The notes under the pieces: generated by a model
Told to the model about the DNA's origin: nothing
Seen by the model: only the letters and a program-made list of their open reading frames with translations
The model's database searches: none
Program-made: the position numbers and the translations under genes
Part shown: one piece after another, positions 1 through 12,174 of the stretch
Position numbering within the stretch: the stretch's first letter is position 1
How the letters are laid out: every line of letters starts with the position of its first letter
DNA from: Octopus vulgaris
Lineage: Eukaryota
Reading direction: 5' to 3'
DNA length: 64,000 bases
Assembly: GCA_951406725.2 (NCBI GenBank)
Contig: OX597819.1
Location: 50,158,001-50,222,000 of the forward strand

Positions 1-697
1 TTCATTTTTCATTTATTTCTGGAAATGATATTTTCGTTGCACCACTGCGACATGGTTACTGAAAGAAAACCCTCACTTGACCAATAGAGTTCCAGTAGAA
101 TTGTGTCAGTGACTAGGTAGGAGAGATGCGGCGAAAATTTTGATAAAACCTAATTATGTATGAAAACTGAAATTAGCAAGGTTTTTTTTTTCCTGTATTT
201 TTATACGACTAAAATGGCTACACCACGATGTAATTGACCGAATTTCAACACTGCGTCAAATCAAATCATTTAAAGGGAAAATACAACAATGAAATTGTTC
301 TGCTGGCTTCAGGTCTTCCAGAGCGTTCGTCAATATCGACATTTTTTGGCCATCTTCTGAACTACTCATACACTTGTGTGCGGCTCATAAACTCCTCTCC
401 TTACACTTTTTGCAACTTTGTGCAGGCCTCTGAGCAGGTATCGTCATGACAACTTTCTCTTTCATAGTCAGTGCAACGATCACATGTTATACACGTTCCT
501 TCCAAGAACTGCTGTAAATAGTGGAAGTAAGCTAAGACATTATAAACTTAGTGTGCACGCATATCAGAGTTCATGGTCAATTTGTGCCAAGCGGCTTTAC
601 TCTGCGTGCTTTAGCTTCGTTGCTATGACAGAAGTCCGAATACTTATTGATCAGACCTGGTATCTAAGAATACGTTGTCCAAAAAGTATAATATATC

Positions 698-1551
698 CAC
701 TCATATTATAGCAGAGAATCTGCATTAAATTTTGTCAAAAGCTAGGCGATACCTGCTCTGATGTTTACGCAAAGTTTTAAAAATGTTTTTGGAGTGGCTG
801 TGTGGTAAGTAGCTTGCTAACCAACCACACGGTTCCGGGTTCAGTCCCACTGCGTGGCATCTTGGGCAAGTGTCTTCTGCTATAGCCTCGGGCCGACCAA
901 TGCCTTGTGAGTGGATTTGGTAGACGGAAACTGAAAGAAGCCTGTCGCATATATGTATATACATATATAAGTGTGTGTGTATATGTTTGTGTGTGTGTGT
1001 TTGTCCCCCTAGCATTGCTTGACAACCGATGCTGGTGTGTTTACGTCCCCGTCACATAGCGGTTCGGCAAAAGAGACCGATAGAATAAGTACTGGGCTTA
1101 CAAAGAATAAGTCCCGGGGTCGATTTGTTCGATTAAAGGCGGTGCTCCAGCATGGCCGCAGTCAAATGACTGAAACAATTAAAAGAGAAAAAGAGAAAAG
1201 TTACACGAATTCTGCAACCAGCAAACTGAGAAAAATATCGAATATGTGCTTGCAGCTGTGAGAGGATATCGTCGAATCGCCATCCATGAGTTATCAGAGG
1301 ATATGCAGATTAGTTACGATTCAGTTCAGTCCATTATCACTGAAGATTTTGGTATGAGACGTGTGTCTGCCAAGTTTGTTCCCAAACTGCTTTCAGCTGA
1401 CTAAAAGACACTCGGGTTTCAGTTGCACAAGATTTCCTTGGTTTTGTCGAGAATCGGTGAAAACTGTTTTAAAACTTTGCGTAAGCATCAGAGCAGGTAT
1501 CACCTAGCTTTTGACAAAATATAATGCAGATCTTCTGCTATAATATGAGTG
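698..1551 (+). mobile_element. Rearranged non-autonomous mariner element with ~90-bp inverted repeats, interrupted by a SINE
   Basis: 711-780 translates as a mariner N-terminus (QRICIKFCQKLGDTCSDVYAK). 1220-1400 gives HTH-like ..SVQSIITEDFGMRRVSAKFVPKLLS (WVPHEL-type motif). 698-790 is the reverse complement of 1460-1551. Confidence 0.75.
791..1197 (+). mobile_element. tRNA-derived CORE-type SINE, family 1
   Basis: A/B-box-like head (GGCTGTGTGGTAAG..GGTTCAGTCCC), CTTGGGCAAGTGTC core, internal microsatellite, conserved 3' tail; many copies in the window. Confidence 0.9.
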
Positions 1552-2216
1552 ATATTGGCTGCTATATATTGCTGGTCGTGCGGTCATATAGAGAGCTTCC
1601 CTCGTTCGCTCATGTAAGCAGAAATAAAGTGATAAAAATTGAACTAAGTTAAACTGAATCTAAGCATAATCTACGATTAGCTAGATTAGTAACACACCCT
1701 GTCAATCATATAAATTTTATGACTTATAATACTTTACAAGTGCAATAAATTACAACATTAATTCTTAATTAACACCTTTATGATTTATGTTGGTTCAATC
1801 GATAACGTTTATCTCACCTGCGATATCGATTTCTTAAATAGGGACCAAAATTATTGTTGAAGTATTTGTTAGTAGGGCGCTGCAAAATACAACTAGTATT
1901 AACGAAGAATGCTATACGGGGTCGCTTGACATGCTAAAAACATCAACGAAATTTCCCTCAAATCACATCCTACTGTCTGAAATAAGGATTCTCGGGAATA
2001 CGTAAGCTTTGATATATAAACAGATGGAAGGATCACGGCTGGAATAATATTTTTCATCAAGTGTCTACTCGATCGGTGTTAAACTGATTCTAATAATAGC
2101 TTCAATTTCAATTTCTTCGCATTTACATCAATTTCGTTATTAATCTCTCAAACTCTGTCTCATGTTTATCTATCTATTTATCTTTCTATCTATCTATCTA
2201 TCTATCTACACAGACG

Positions 2217-2256
<40 letters not shown>

Positions 2257-2504
2257 GCAGCGGTGGTGCTCCAGCATGGCCGCGGCCTTCGGGCTAAAAC
2301 ATTTTAAAGGATTTAAGGATTTATATACATGTATATATATATATATATATAGATAGATATAATTAAGGGTCCTACAAGTGGCATCAGCACGCTAAAAATA
2401 GCAGCCAGAAGCCGACTACAACCAGAATTTTTTTACCTTATAGTATTACCTTGATGGTTATTTACGCATGCTATACCAATTGCTATTATTGCAAACAATA
2501 ATAT

Positions 2505-2574
<70 letters not shown>

Positions 2575-3710
2575 ATACATGTACAAACGGTTGCATTTGT
2601 TTGCTTGTTTGTATGCATGTATGTATGTATGTACGTACATATGTATCTTCACATTCTTCACGGGATGTAAACTTAAAGCCTAGATTGACGAAAGTATACA
2701 TATATACCCATTTCATATCACCTTTACCCATACCTTTCACAGCCACTGCCTAGCTGCTTGTCTAACTAAGATAGCGACCAGATCACTCACAAATCATATC
2801 CAACAGCCATACAAATGATATCTAAAATTGCATTGTATAATTCCATATAACGTACTTGATAACTAGGAGAAAAAAATGAGATTACTTATTGTCTGGAATA
2901 CACTTATATCACCAGGGCTAAACGACAATATCCAAAACAATTACAACAATACGAAGAAGCCTCTATATGATCTGTCGATCAGCTAGAAATACCAGCCGGT
3001 ACGCTCGAAAATAACATCTAACCATCCTGGATCAGGAAACGTTGGTTAATATTGTCATAAACATACCTCTAAAAAGATGGCTTGATCATAGGTGGAACAT
3101 TGTTAATTATCTGTCTTCGCAATTAGTTATGGTGACAGCAAAAGCAACAATTGTCTGTGGCTCTACTTTTGTAGGGTCTTCCCTGTTGCTGTCACATATT
3201 GTGAGATTTTAGAATTACATCAAGATTTTCAAATTTGCTATATTATATTGAAATAATTTTCCACGTTAAATCCCATTTTGTTATTTATTTTCTTCAAGAA
3301 AAATGTTACTGAAGTTTAAAGTTTAATCAATTTTTACCTAACCAGAAAATAGGATTTTGGAAGCTGGCATATTCTGCATGATAGCTGTCTATCACGAAAT
3401 GAAAGCAAAACCATTATTAAATAAACGAAAACAAAGAATTACAACGGCCATAAGAACTTCTGAAGCTTTAATGAATAAGTCATGTGAAACGGCCGAACAG
3501 ACATGTAAATAATTTATAAAAGGAAAAATCCTCATCGACGTTTTTTGACGAAAAATTGCACAAATCTGTCTTGATCGAGAGGCCTGTCTGTCAGAGAAGG
3601 CATGGTCTAAGATGGAATGCATAAAAATTTATATATGACATTCTTTTGTAAAAATTGCCTGGCAACGACGGGCTATTCACCTAGTATATATGTATATATA
3701 TATATATATA

Positions 3711-3962
3711 GCAATAATAATTCTCTAAACGAGATATAGACAGTAACTGCTCCATAACATAAGGGACGTTAGCCATCCGAATGTGGCTAGGGACAGGGCA
3801 GGGCGGTGGGGTGTTACTGATGCATTTAGCCCCAGGCGATCATCAACGTCACCAGGAGCCCTCCTGGTGACGTTGATGATCGCCTGGGGCTAAATGCATC
3901 AGTTACACCCCCACCGCCCTGCCCTGTCCCTAGCCACATTCGGATGGCTAACGTCCCTTATG

Positions 3963-3966
<4 letters not shown>
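3711..3966. mobile_element. Palindromic partial copy of the 361-nt HHR retrozyme/pLTR family
   Basis: Arms 3754-3858 and 3861-3966 are near-perfect reverse complements; an extra 43-bp tail lies at 3711-3753; homologous to 17688-18534; flanked by (TA)n. Confidence 0.85.
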
Positions 3967-3998
<32 letters not shown>

Positions 3999-4388
3999 GT
4001 ATATGTTGTATATATATGAAGAGTTTCGTTATAGGTATAAAAATATACCATAAACAAGTACAAAAAAAATGGAGAAAAAACGTTGAATCAGAAATAGATT
4101 TATTAACAAAACTGGATTCAATGCATACGTACATTTCGAAAAACAATGCAAATTTGTAAGAAAACCATTTTAATCATAGTAATTATAATTAAATTTATGC
4201 ATTGTCATTCTCATCAGTGTGAGGAATCTCTTGAAGAACATCAAGAAAGTTTAATAAGATGAACTAGAATAAAATAGAATAAAAAGGAAAATAAAATAAG
4301 ATACATTAAGAGAACACTGATACATACATACATACATACATACATACATACATACATACATACATACATACATACGTCAATACATACA

Positions 4389-4424
<36 letters not shown>

Positions 4425-5034
4425 TATTTATATATATCTCATTTAATTAGAGTATATGTTAACCTCGTGAAGGATGGTTGCATCCAAGGAGATACTGGTT
4501 CAATACCTAGTATTATTGGGGAATGAAATTCCCTTAAAACAATAGGTATATACTGAGCATATAGTTTATATTCAGTTAAAAGAAAAAAAGAAAATGGAGA
4601 TAAGGAAGTTAACAATTATTTATTTTTATCAAATTGGTCATCTTCGCTACTTACAGCCGTTTCAATTAATACTCAATAATTGAATTACAAATTTGCACAT
4701 TAAATTTGCATTTATGTGACATGAGCATAATTTCACCAGAGAAAAAAAAAATGATGTACCTTGAGACCTTATATGCGGACCTTTCAATTCATTTCAACAG
4801 ACTAAATATTACAGTTTCTGATTTTTATTATTATATGCTCGGGTGAAAGGTTTACAGACAATTAGAATGTGATTAGGGATAAATTAAAATAAAGAAAACT
4901 AGAAAAATAAGTTAAAATAGAGATTAATGAGGAAAGATAAATATAATTAAGGTAAATTTAAAAGTAATAAAAAGAATAAAATATTCATTTATAAGGTATA
5001 AATACAATCATAAAAATTTATATATGCATATATA

Positions 5035-5112
<78 letters not shown>

Positions 5113-5138
5113 TATTCATATTTAGTTTGTACTTTATA

Positions 5139-5263
5139 ATCTCTGAAGGCCTTGGGATATTTTTGTAAGTGTCTCATTTATAACCACATATTAACTTTAC
5201 ACACCTGGCTAATATGAGAATAATGAGATACCCATATCTACATGACTGAAACAGCTGTAAGAT
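5139..5263 (+). ncRNA. Degenerate hammerhead-like motif with long helix II
   Basis: ATCT-CTGAAGG, ~100-nt self-complementary insert, then GAA-ACAGCTGT-A-AGAT (palindromic helix III, helix I ATCT/AGAT); A9 is altered. Confidence 0.4.
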
Positions 5264-5464
5264 GTAGTTTATATTTATATTTATTTATATTCACTTATAC
5301 ATATTGTACTTATTGTATCATATTACTCATTGATGTGCATTGTTTTGTTCTATACTATTATGTTTGACCTTGATGTTCATATGTAGTGGGTTAATAAATT
5401 ATGTGATTGGGTATTATCTGGTAGTTGATTATTGATTAAGGTGTATTTCTCCATTTTCTTATTT

Positions 5465-5510
<46 letters not shown>

Positions 5511-5571
5511 TATATATATATACGTACATACATACTTACATACATACACGCACACGTATACATACATTCTT

Positions 5572-5899
5572 TTTTTATTTGTTTCAATCATTCGACTGCG
5601 GCCATACTGGGGCACTGCCTTTTATTCGAAGGAATCGACCCTAGCACTTATTCTTTGTAAGCCTAATGCTTATTCTATTCGAATCTTTTGTAGAAGTGCT
5701 AAGTTGCGGGAACGCAAATACACCAACATCTGTTATATACAAAGGTCTTCTTTCAGTTCCCGTCTACCAAATCCACTCAAGGCTTTGGTCGGATCGAGGC
5801 TATAGTAGAAGACACTTCCTCAAGGTGCCACGCAGTGGGACTGAACCCGGAATCATGTGGTTAGGAAGCAACCTTCTTACCACACAGCCACTCCTGCAC
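5572..5899 (-). mobile_element. SINE family 1
   Basis: Reverse-complement homology to 791-1197. Confidence 0.85.
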
Positions 5900-5912
5900 C
5901 TATATATATATA

Positions 5913-8420
5913 GAGGCATACCTCACCCTACGTGGTTAATTGGTTCCAGGAGACACGACTTAAGTCGAAAAATGACTTAAGTCGAATTCACTTGTCTCTA
6001 GACTAGGCTAGGCCTAATTTACTAGGGTGAACTGATAATAATCATTTCCAGTTCTGTACTTTATTTATGAAAGCATTTTCAATAATACATGGTTAATAAA
6101 AACCTATTTTAAGTTTACAAACAAATAATTTTCATTTTTTAATACAGTAAAGTAAAAAAAAAAGTAATCTAAATTTATGAATACATTTGGCGGTGTTTAA
6201 CGTACATCGCGGACGCTTTATCTATGAATACGGTTTGCAATAAGAAATGGTAAAATAAAGCCTTTTTAAAGCTTAAAAAGCAAATTCAGTAATTGTTATT
6301 ACCTTGCAATAGTAAAGAAAAACTAAATTATTTTAAATTTACCAATACGTACATACAATCTGATGGTTTACATCGCAGATATAAGTGGTTGTGTATCGTC
6401 AACATCAACAGCTGATTCTGGCTGTTCTTGTTGTTCGATGCACTTAAAAAAACGGTTGAGAGTTCCTTGAACTGTCTTCTTTTCCTCAAGGATTGCATTA
6501 TAAGGTGCAAAAGTTTTGTGACAAGTCTCCATAATCTTGGAAAAGCGTTGAGCATTTGGATCCATATCCTTGAACATAGAAAGACCTTTTTCGATACATG
6601 TAAATGCTTGCTGCATTTTCTTAATGGTAAAGTGACGTGGCTCAGGATCAACTTCCTCTTCTTCATTTTGCTGCTCGGGAAGCTCTATCAAATCTTCGGT
6701 CGTTAGGGGCTGCTTGTCTTTTTCAAATAAATCTGTGAAATCCTCCTCCTCCAAATTTATTTTCAGTTCTTTGTTCGTAGTCACCAACGTTTTGATGATG
6801 GCAACATTATCAAGCTTCTTAAAGTCACCACGAACTGCGGTATAACTTCTCCCATACACCACTCATAGCCGTGCTCTGTACATAATTCTGTGCCGCTGTT
6901 ACGTTCTGTACAACCTTGTAGATATTGTATATCTCCCAAAAGCCACGAAGTGTAATGGACTCATCAAGATCAGTTGCAGATATTGCTTGCCGCAGCGTAC
7001 GCTTCATATAGTAACGCTTGAAGATAGCAATTATTCCCTGATCCATTGGCTGCAGAAGAGATGTTGTGATCGGAGGGAGGTATACGACGGTAACTTTGGG
7101 GTCAAAATCTACGATATTTTGCGGGTGGCCAGGAGCATTATCTAAGATAAGTAAAACTTTAAAAGAAATCCCCTTCTCTTTACAGCATTTCTCTTCTGCT
7201 GAGATAAAATGATTGAAGAACCAATCTTTAAAAACACAACAACAATAGCCCATGCTTTTGAATTAGCCATCCATGTAACAGGGAGAGACGCCTTGGGTAT
7301 GTTCTTCAGAGCACGGGGCAATGGTTTTAACTTAAAATCTCCTGCACAATTACCTCCCAGCATAATGGTCACACGTTCTTTTGAGACCTTGTAGCCTGGA
7401 ATAGTTTTCTCCTCCTTGAAAATGAATGAACGGTCTGTCAATTTTTTCCAGTACAATCCAGTTTCGTCTACGTTAAAATCTGTTTGGGAAGAAACCCGTT
7501 TTCTTCGATGATTTCCTTTAATGCATTAGGAAATTCCGCTGCTGCTTGTTCGTCAGCTGATGCACTTCCACCTTGATTCTTAATGGAGTGATAACTTCTT
7601 CGCTCCTTAAATCTCATGAATCATCCTTGACTTGTCTTGAACTCTACATCTTCCTCATCTGGTTATTTTTCCTTCAGGTCCTCAAAGACAACGCTTTCTC
7701 TTGAACGATTTCTTGACAAATAGTAGCACGCTGACGATTCAGCTTAACAATCCAAAGAGAAAGAAAACTTTCCATATCTTCAAAGATTTTGCCCCTTTTG
7801 TTATTTATGACAGTGTTTTTCACCCCTGGGGCTTCAGATTTAATATGTGCTAAAATCTTGTCCTTATTATGTACAATCGTCGATACAGTTGTCCGACTCA
7901 TCCCAAAAGATCGTACAATTGCTACCACTTTTTCACCATTTTCTTGGCGTTTTATCATAGCCAGTTTATTTTCCAGCATTATAGTATGACGCTTAGCACT
8001 TACACTATGAAATTTTTTAGGAACCATGGGGGCAAAAAATAAAGTCACAAATGAATGAGAATGAGAAAGTAGCTGATAAACAGACGTAAACAAATCTGAA
8101 TTCAAAACAAACGTGGGAATCACGAGTGACAACGACGCCTAACGGTAGATGTTGGAACTACAGTGCAAAAGGAGCTCTGAAAGACCCATAAATAAGACAA
8201 CACAGCTGATTTCATGATTTTGTTCACCAAGCCTACACTACTTTATGGTGTGTATCTTAACATTTACTGTACGTATTTCAATATGATTTTATATGCTTTT
8301 ATTCTTATTTATTGTACAGTAACATGATTTTATGTTCTTTTAACGGTTTTCTAGTGATTTTACGATTCCAGTATTTCTCGCGGACAGACGTAAAGTCGAG
8401 AAAAATGACTTAACTTGATT
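5913..8420 (-). mobile_element. Tigger/pogo-type DNA transposon, decayed
   Basis: TA followed by a Tigger-like terminus (gAGGCATACCTC) at 5911-5924; subterminal ACTTAAGTCGAAAAATGACTTAA motif repeated near 8395-8415; the other TIR was not found. Confidence 0.8.
6368..8027 (-). pseudogene. Tigger/CENP-B-like transposase pseudogene (HTH + DDE_1), several frameshifts
   Basis: MVPKK..KLAMIKRQENGEK..STIV (CENP-B HTH), NVDETGLYWKK, KERVTIML, LLILDNAPGHP, LPP..TSLLQPMDQGII split over several frames. Confidence 0.92.
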
Positions 8421-8547
8421 TTTATTTTCCCATATATTATTTTTGAAAATTTTTGTTGATCTCAAAGAGATCAACAAAATTTATTTTTCTTTCTGTCCCT
8501 TTTCTTCCTTTCCTTTCCTTCTTTTTCTTTAACACTTCTTTCAGATA

Positions 8548-8605
<58 letters not shown>

Positions 8606-8848
8606 CTCACATGCTCTCTCTCTCACTTTCTCCCCATTCATCACCCTCTTGTACTATCTTATATCTCTCTCCACCACTACACACTCAATAACACTATCAA
8701 AGGAGTGGAATTTTCTGCAAGAACTTTTGAAAACTCTACTAGAATGGACGAAAGCGCTAAATATATAATATATGATATATGATGTATAAAAACATGTAAT
8801 ATACAAATAAATATCTGTTAATACAAAACCATCCGAATTTCTTCTAAG

Positions 8849-8932
<84 letters not shown>

Positions 8933-9104
8933 ATATATATATATGTATACATATATATACATATATACACATATGCGAAATTGCTAAGATGATCTGGTTC
9001 TTGACTGATGACTGAGGGCTTCGAATGTCCCGTCCTGTGGTTCTTGTGTCGTCTCTGTGGCGTTTCATGTTCTTGTCCATGTCTGTAATTATTTTTACTG
9101 TTTA

Positions 9105-9157
<53 letters not shown>

Positions 9158-9158
9158 G

Positions 9159-9192
<34 letters not shown>

Positions 9193-9569
9193 AAAGCAAT
9201 ACATATATACAAAACCACGTAACCTCCCGCCTCGCCCGCCACATTGTAAACAAACAACATACAAATGACAGACGCAGACCGTGTTTACATAAGGCTATCG
9301 GAAGCATTGAAAGAAACAATAGATTCAACAGTTGTGGTGTCTGTGTGTCTGGAGATAATGCAACAACATCATAAAACCAATCTGCTACATGTTCCGATTG
9401 TCTTTCAACATTTTATCAAATTTAATGCATGCCTTTTGTACAATAACTGCTATACGTTTATTTTATCTCATTTTATTTTCTTTTAACTTTTCATTTTTAT
9501 TATATTCTCTCTCTCTTTCTCTGTCTTTCTGTCTCTCTCATTCTCTGTCTGTCTGTCTCTCTCTTTCTC

Positions 9570-9828
9570 TGTCTGTCTCTCTCTTTCTCTGCTTGTCTGT
9601 CTCTCTCTTTCTCTGCTTGTCTGTCTCTCTCTTTCTCTGCTTGTCTGTCTCTCTCTTTCTCTGCTTGTCTTTCTCTCTCTTTCTCTGCTTGTCTGTCTCT
9701 CTCTTTCTCTGCTTGTCTGTCTCTCTCTTTCTCTGCTTGTCTGTCTCTCTCTTTCTCTGCTTGTCTGTCTCTCTCTTTCTCTGCTTGTCTGTCTCTCTCT
9801 TTCTCTGCTTGTCTGTCTCTCTCTTTCT
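9570..9828. repeat. 24-bp minisatellite (TCTCTCTCTTTCTCTGCTTGTCTG)n, ~10 copies
   Basis: Direct reading; explains the periodic ORFs at 9389-9988. Confidence 0.9.
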
Positions 9829-9885
9829 CCACACACACAAACTTGCCGGCCTTGTGCCAGAATTTGAAACTAATATGTAAGGGAT

Positions 9886-10042
9886 GTGAAGGCGCATGGC
9901 TCAGTGGTTTGAGCGTCGAGCTTACGATCGTGAGGTTGTGAGTTCGATTCCAGGACCGAGCTGCGTGTTGTTTTCTTGAGCAAGACACTTTATTTCACGT
10001 TGCTCCAGTTAACTCAGCTGTAGAAATGAGTTGCGACATCAC
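9886..10042 (+). mobile_element. SINE family 2, 5' part
   Basis: tRNA-like head GGCGCATGGCTCAGTGG..GAGTTCGATTCC and CTTGAGCAAGACAC core. Confidence 0.85.
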
Positions 10043-10199
10043 TTTTTCCACACACACATACACACTCTTTCTCTTTGTCTGTCACATTTACTCTCTGAAG
10101 TCGCTCTCTCTTTCTGCACCTCGCTCTATTCTCTTACGTATGATATATGATAACATTCATCGACGTAAGGTGGTATCATAGGTTAAAAAAAACATAACC

Positions 10200-10632
10200 C
10201 TTTCTACTATAGGCACAAGGCCTAACATTTATAGAAAAGGCCCCTAGTCGATTACATCGACCCCAGTGCTCCGCTGGTACTTATTTTATCGACTCCGCAA
10301 AGATGAAAGGCAAAGTCAACCTCGACAGAATTTGAACTCAGAACGTAAACACAGACGAAATGCCCCTAAGCATTTCGTTAGGCGTGCACGCCGTCTTGAA
10401 AAGTTCTCAATAATATTGATTTCAAATTTTGGCACAAGGTCAGCAGTTTCGGGGGAGGCCGTAAGTCGATTATATGGACCGTAGTGTTCAATCAGTACTT
10501 ATTTTATCGACCCCTGAAGGGAAGAAACGCAAAGTCGCCCGCTGCGGAGTTTGAACCCAAAATATAATGACGAGACAAAATGCCGCTAAGCATTTTGTTC
10601 GGCGCACTTACCCTTCTGCCAGCTCGCTGCCT
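10200..10632 (-). mobile_element. Two adjacent SINE family 3 copies
   Basis: Reverse complement of AAGGCGGCGAGCTGGCAGAA..GAGTTCAAATTCCGCCGAGGTCGAC..; homologous to 31938-32169. Confidence 0.8.
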
Positions 10633-10712
10633 TTTGTTAAAAATACATAAAAAATAAAAACAAAACAACAGAATTTGTTGTATTGTCATAACACCAACAT
10701 TTTTTTACATGT

Positions 10713-10880
10713 AGGCGCAGGTATGGCTGTGTGTTTAAGGAACTTGTTTTGCAACCATTTGGTTTCGGGTTCCGCTCCACTGCACGTCACCTTGGGTAAA
10801 TGTTTTTTACTTTAGCCCCAAGCCCGACATTGTCACGTAATTAATTTTGGGAGAGAGGAAACTGTGCAGAAGTTCGACGT
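10713..10880 (+). mobile_element. Degenerate SINE family 1 head
   Basis: GGCGCAGGTATGGCTGTGTG..CACCTTGGGTAAATG similarity to 791 copy. Confidence 0.65.
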
Positions 10881-11106
10881 ATATGCTGTCAGATATCGTT
10901 CTCATGTTTTTAGAGTTCTACTAATCCACTGCACTTGATTGTTAGCTTTTTTAAACCCTAAAAGGATGAAAAATAAAATTGGCCCCGGAAGGATTTGAAC
11001 TCTCAGCACCGGGTGTCAGATAAAACACCAACGTTCTAACTCAGCCAGTTCGTCGCTAAGTTGACTAATTTTTGTGAAATCAACGAAGAAATTACATCCC
11101 TTACAT

Positions 11107-11442
11107 GGGAGACCGCCTTCGGTCATGAATGACCATGGGTTTGCACCTAGAAAGTTACCCACCGAGGTACAAGTCCGGGCAAGGTTGTTTATGGAAAACC
11201 AGCAGTCGCCCATGCATACCAGCCTCTCCTCTCCACACCACTGATGTTATCCAAGGGAAAAGCAAAGGCCGATACAGCTTGGCACCAGTGATGTCGCAAC
11301 TCATTTCTACAGCTGAGTTAACTGGAGCAACGTGAAATAAAGTGTCTTGCTCAAGAACACAACACAAAGCCCGATCCGGGAATCGAACTCACAACCTCAC
11401 GATCGTAAGCTCGACACTTTAACCACTGAGTCATGCGCCTTC
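11107..11442 (-). mobile_element. SINE family 2, full length with 13-bp TSD
   Basis: ACATCCCTTACAT at 11094-11106 and 11443-11455; homologous to 23641-23983. Confidence 0.9.
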
Positions 11443-11459
11443 ACATCCCTTACATATTA

Positions 11460-11672
11460 GTTTCAAATTCTGGCACAAGGCCGGCAAGTTCAGGGAAAGG
11501 GGTTAGTCGATTAAATCGACTCCTGTGTTCAACTGGCACTCATTTTATCGATCCCGAAAGGGTGAACAGCAAAGCTGACTTCGACGGCATTTGAACTCAG
11601 AATGTAAAGACGGACGAAATGTTGCTAAAAATTCTGCACGGCGTGCTAACGATTCTGCTAGCTCGCTGCCTT
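11460..11672 (-). mobile_element. SINE family 3
   Basis: Homology to other family 3 copies. Confidence 0.85.
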
Positions 11673-12174
11673 ACCTCGCTTACATATTAACTACGGCTTA
11701 ACACTCATTTGGCTACTAGAACTGCAGTGAATGGTACGCGTCTAGGGACACTAGTCTTTTCCGAGGAGGGTCTGAGTCCATGGTGCCATGATTTAATTCC
11801 TTGTCATCAATAAGGGATACCCCACGAGGTCATTCGGCCTGCTAGAAATATCTGCCAATGCTTCCTCAAATGGTACCCTATTGTCTTAAAATAGGAAGAA
11901 AACGTTGAGCAGAAAGCATTTTACCATATATCTGGCCAATTGTATCTTTAACGTAGCTTATGTCTAAATCTGGAGTGATTTCGTAGGAACATAAAAACTC
12001 AGAAATTGACAAACATTCTTTTTTTCGTATATTCTTTTATTAATTTACACGTCTCAGTAAAATAATACGCACACGTACATACAGAACAGACATTAATATG
12101 TACATACATATAAATGCATCGAAGCATCCAGCTTCTATATCCAAATTTTAAATTCACATTAATACCAATAATAA

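Noticed and set aside
8700-8765. GAA-AGCGCT-A palindromic helix III after a long hairpin
   Set aside because: No CUGANGA core upstream; at most a truncated remnant.
8975-9035. Hammerhead in the repeat shared with 50905-50965 (CTGATGA/CTGAAGA)
   Set aside because: The downstream motif is GAAT, and I could not build helices I and III in any topology.
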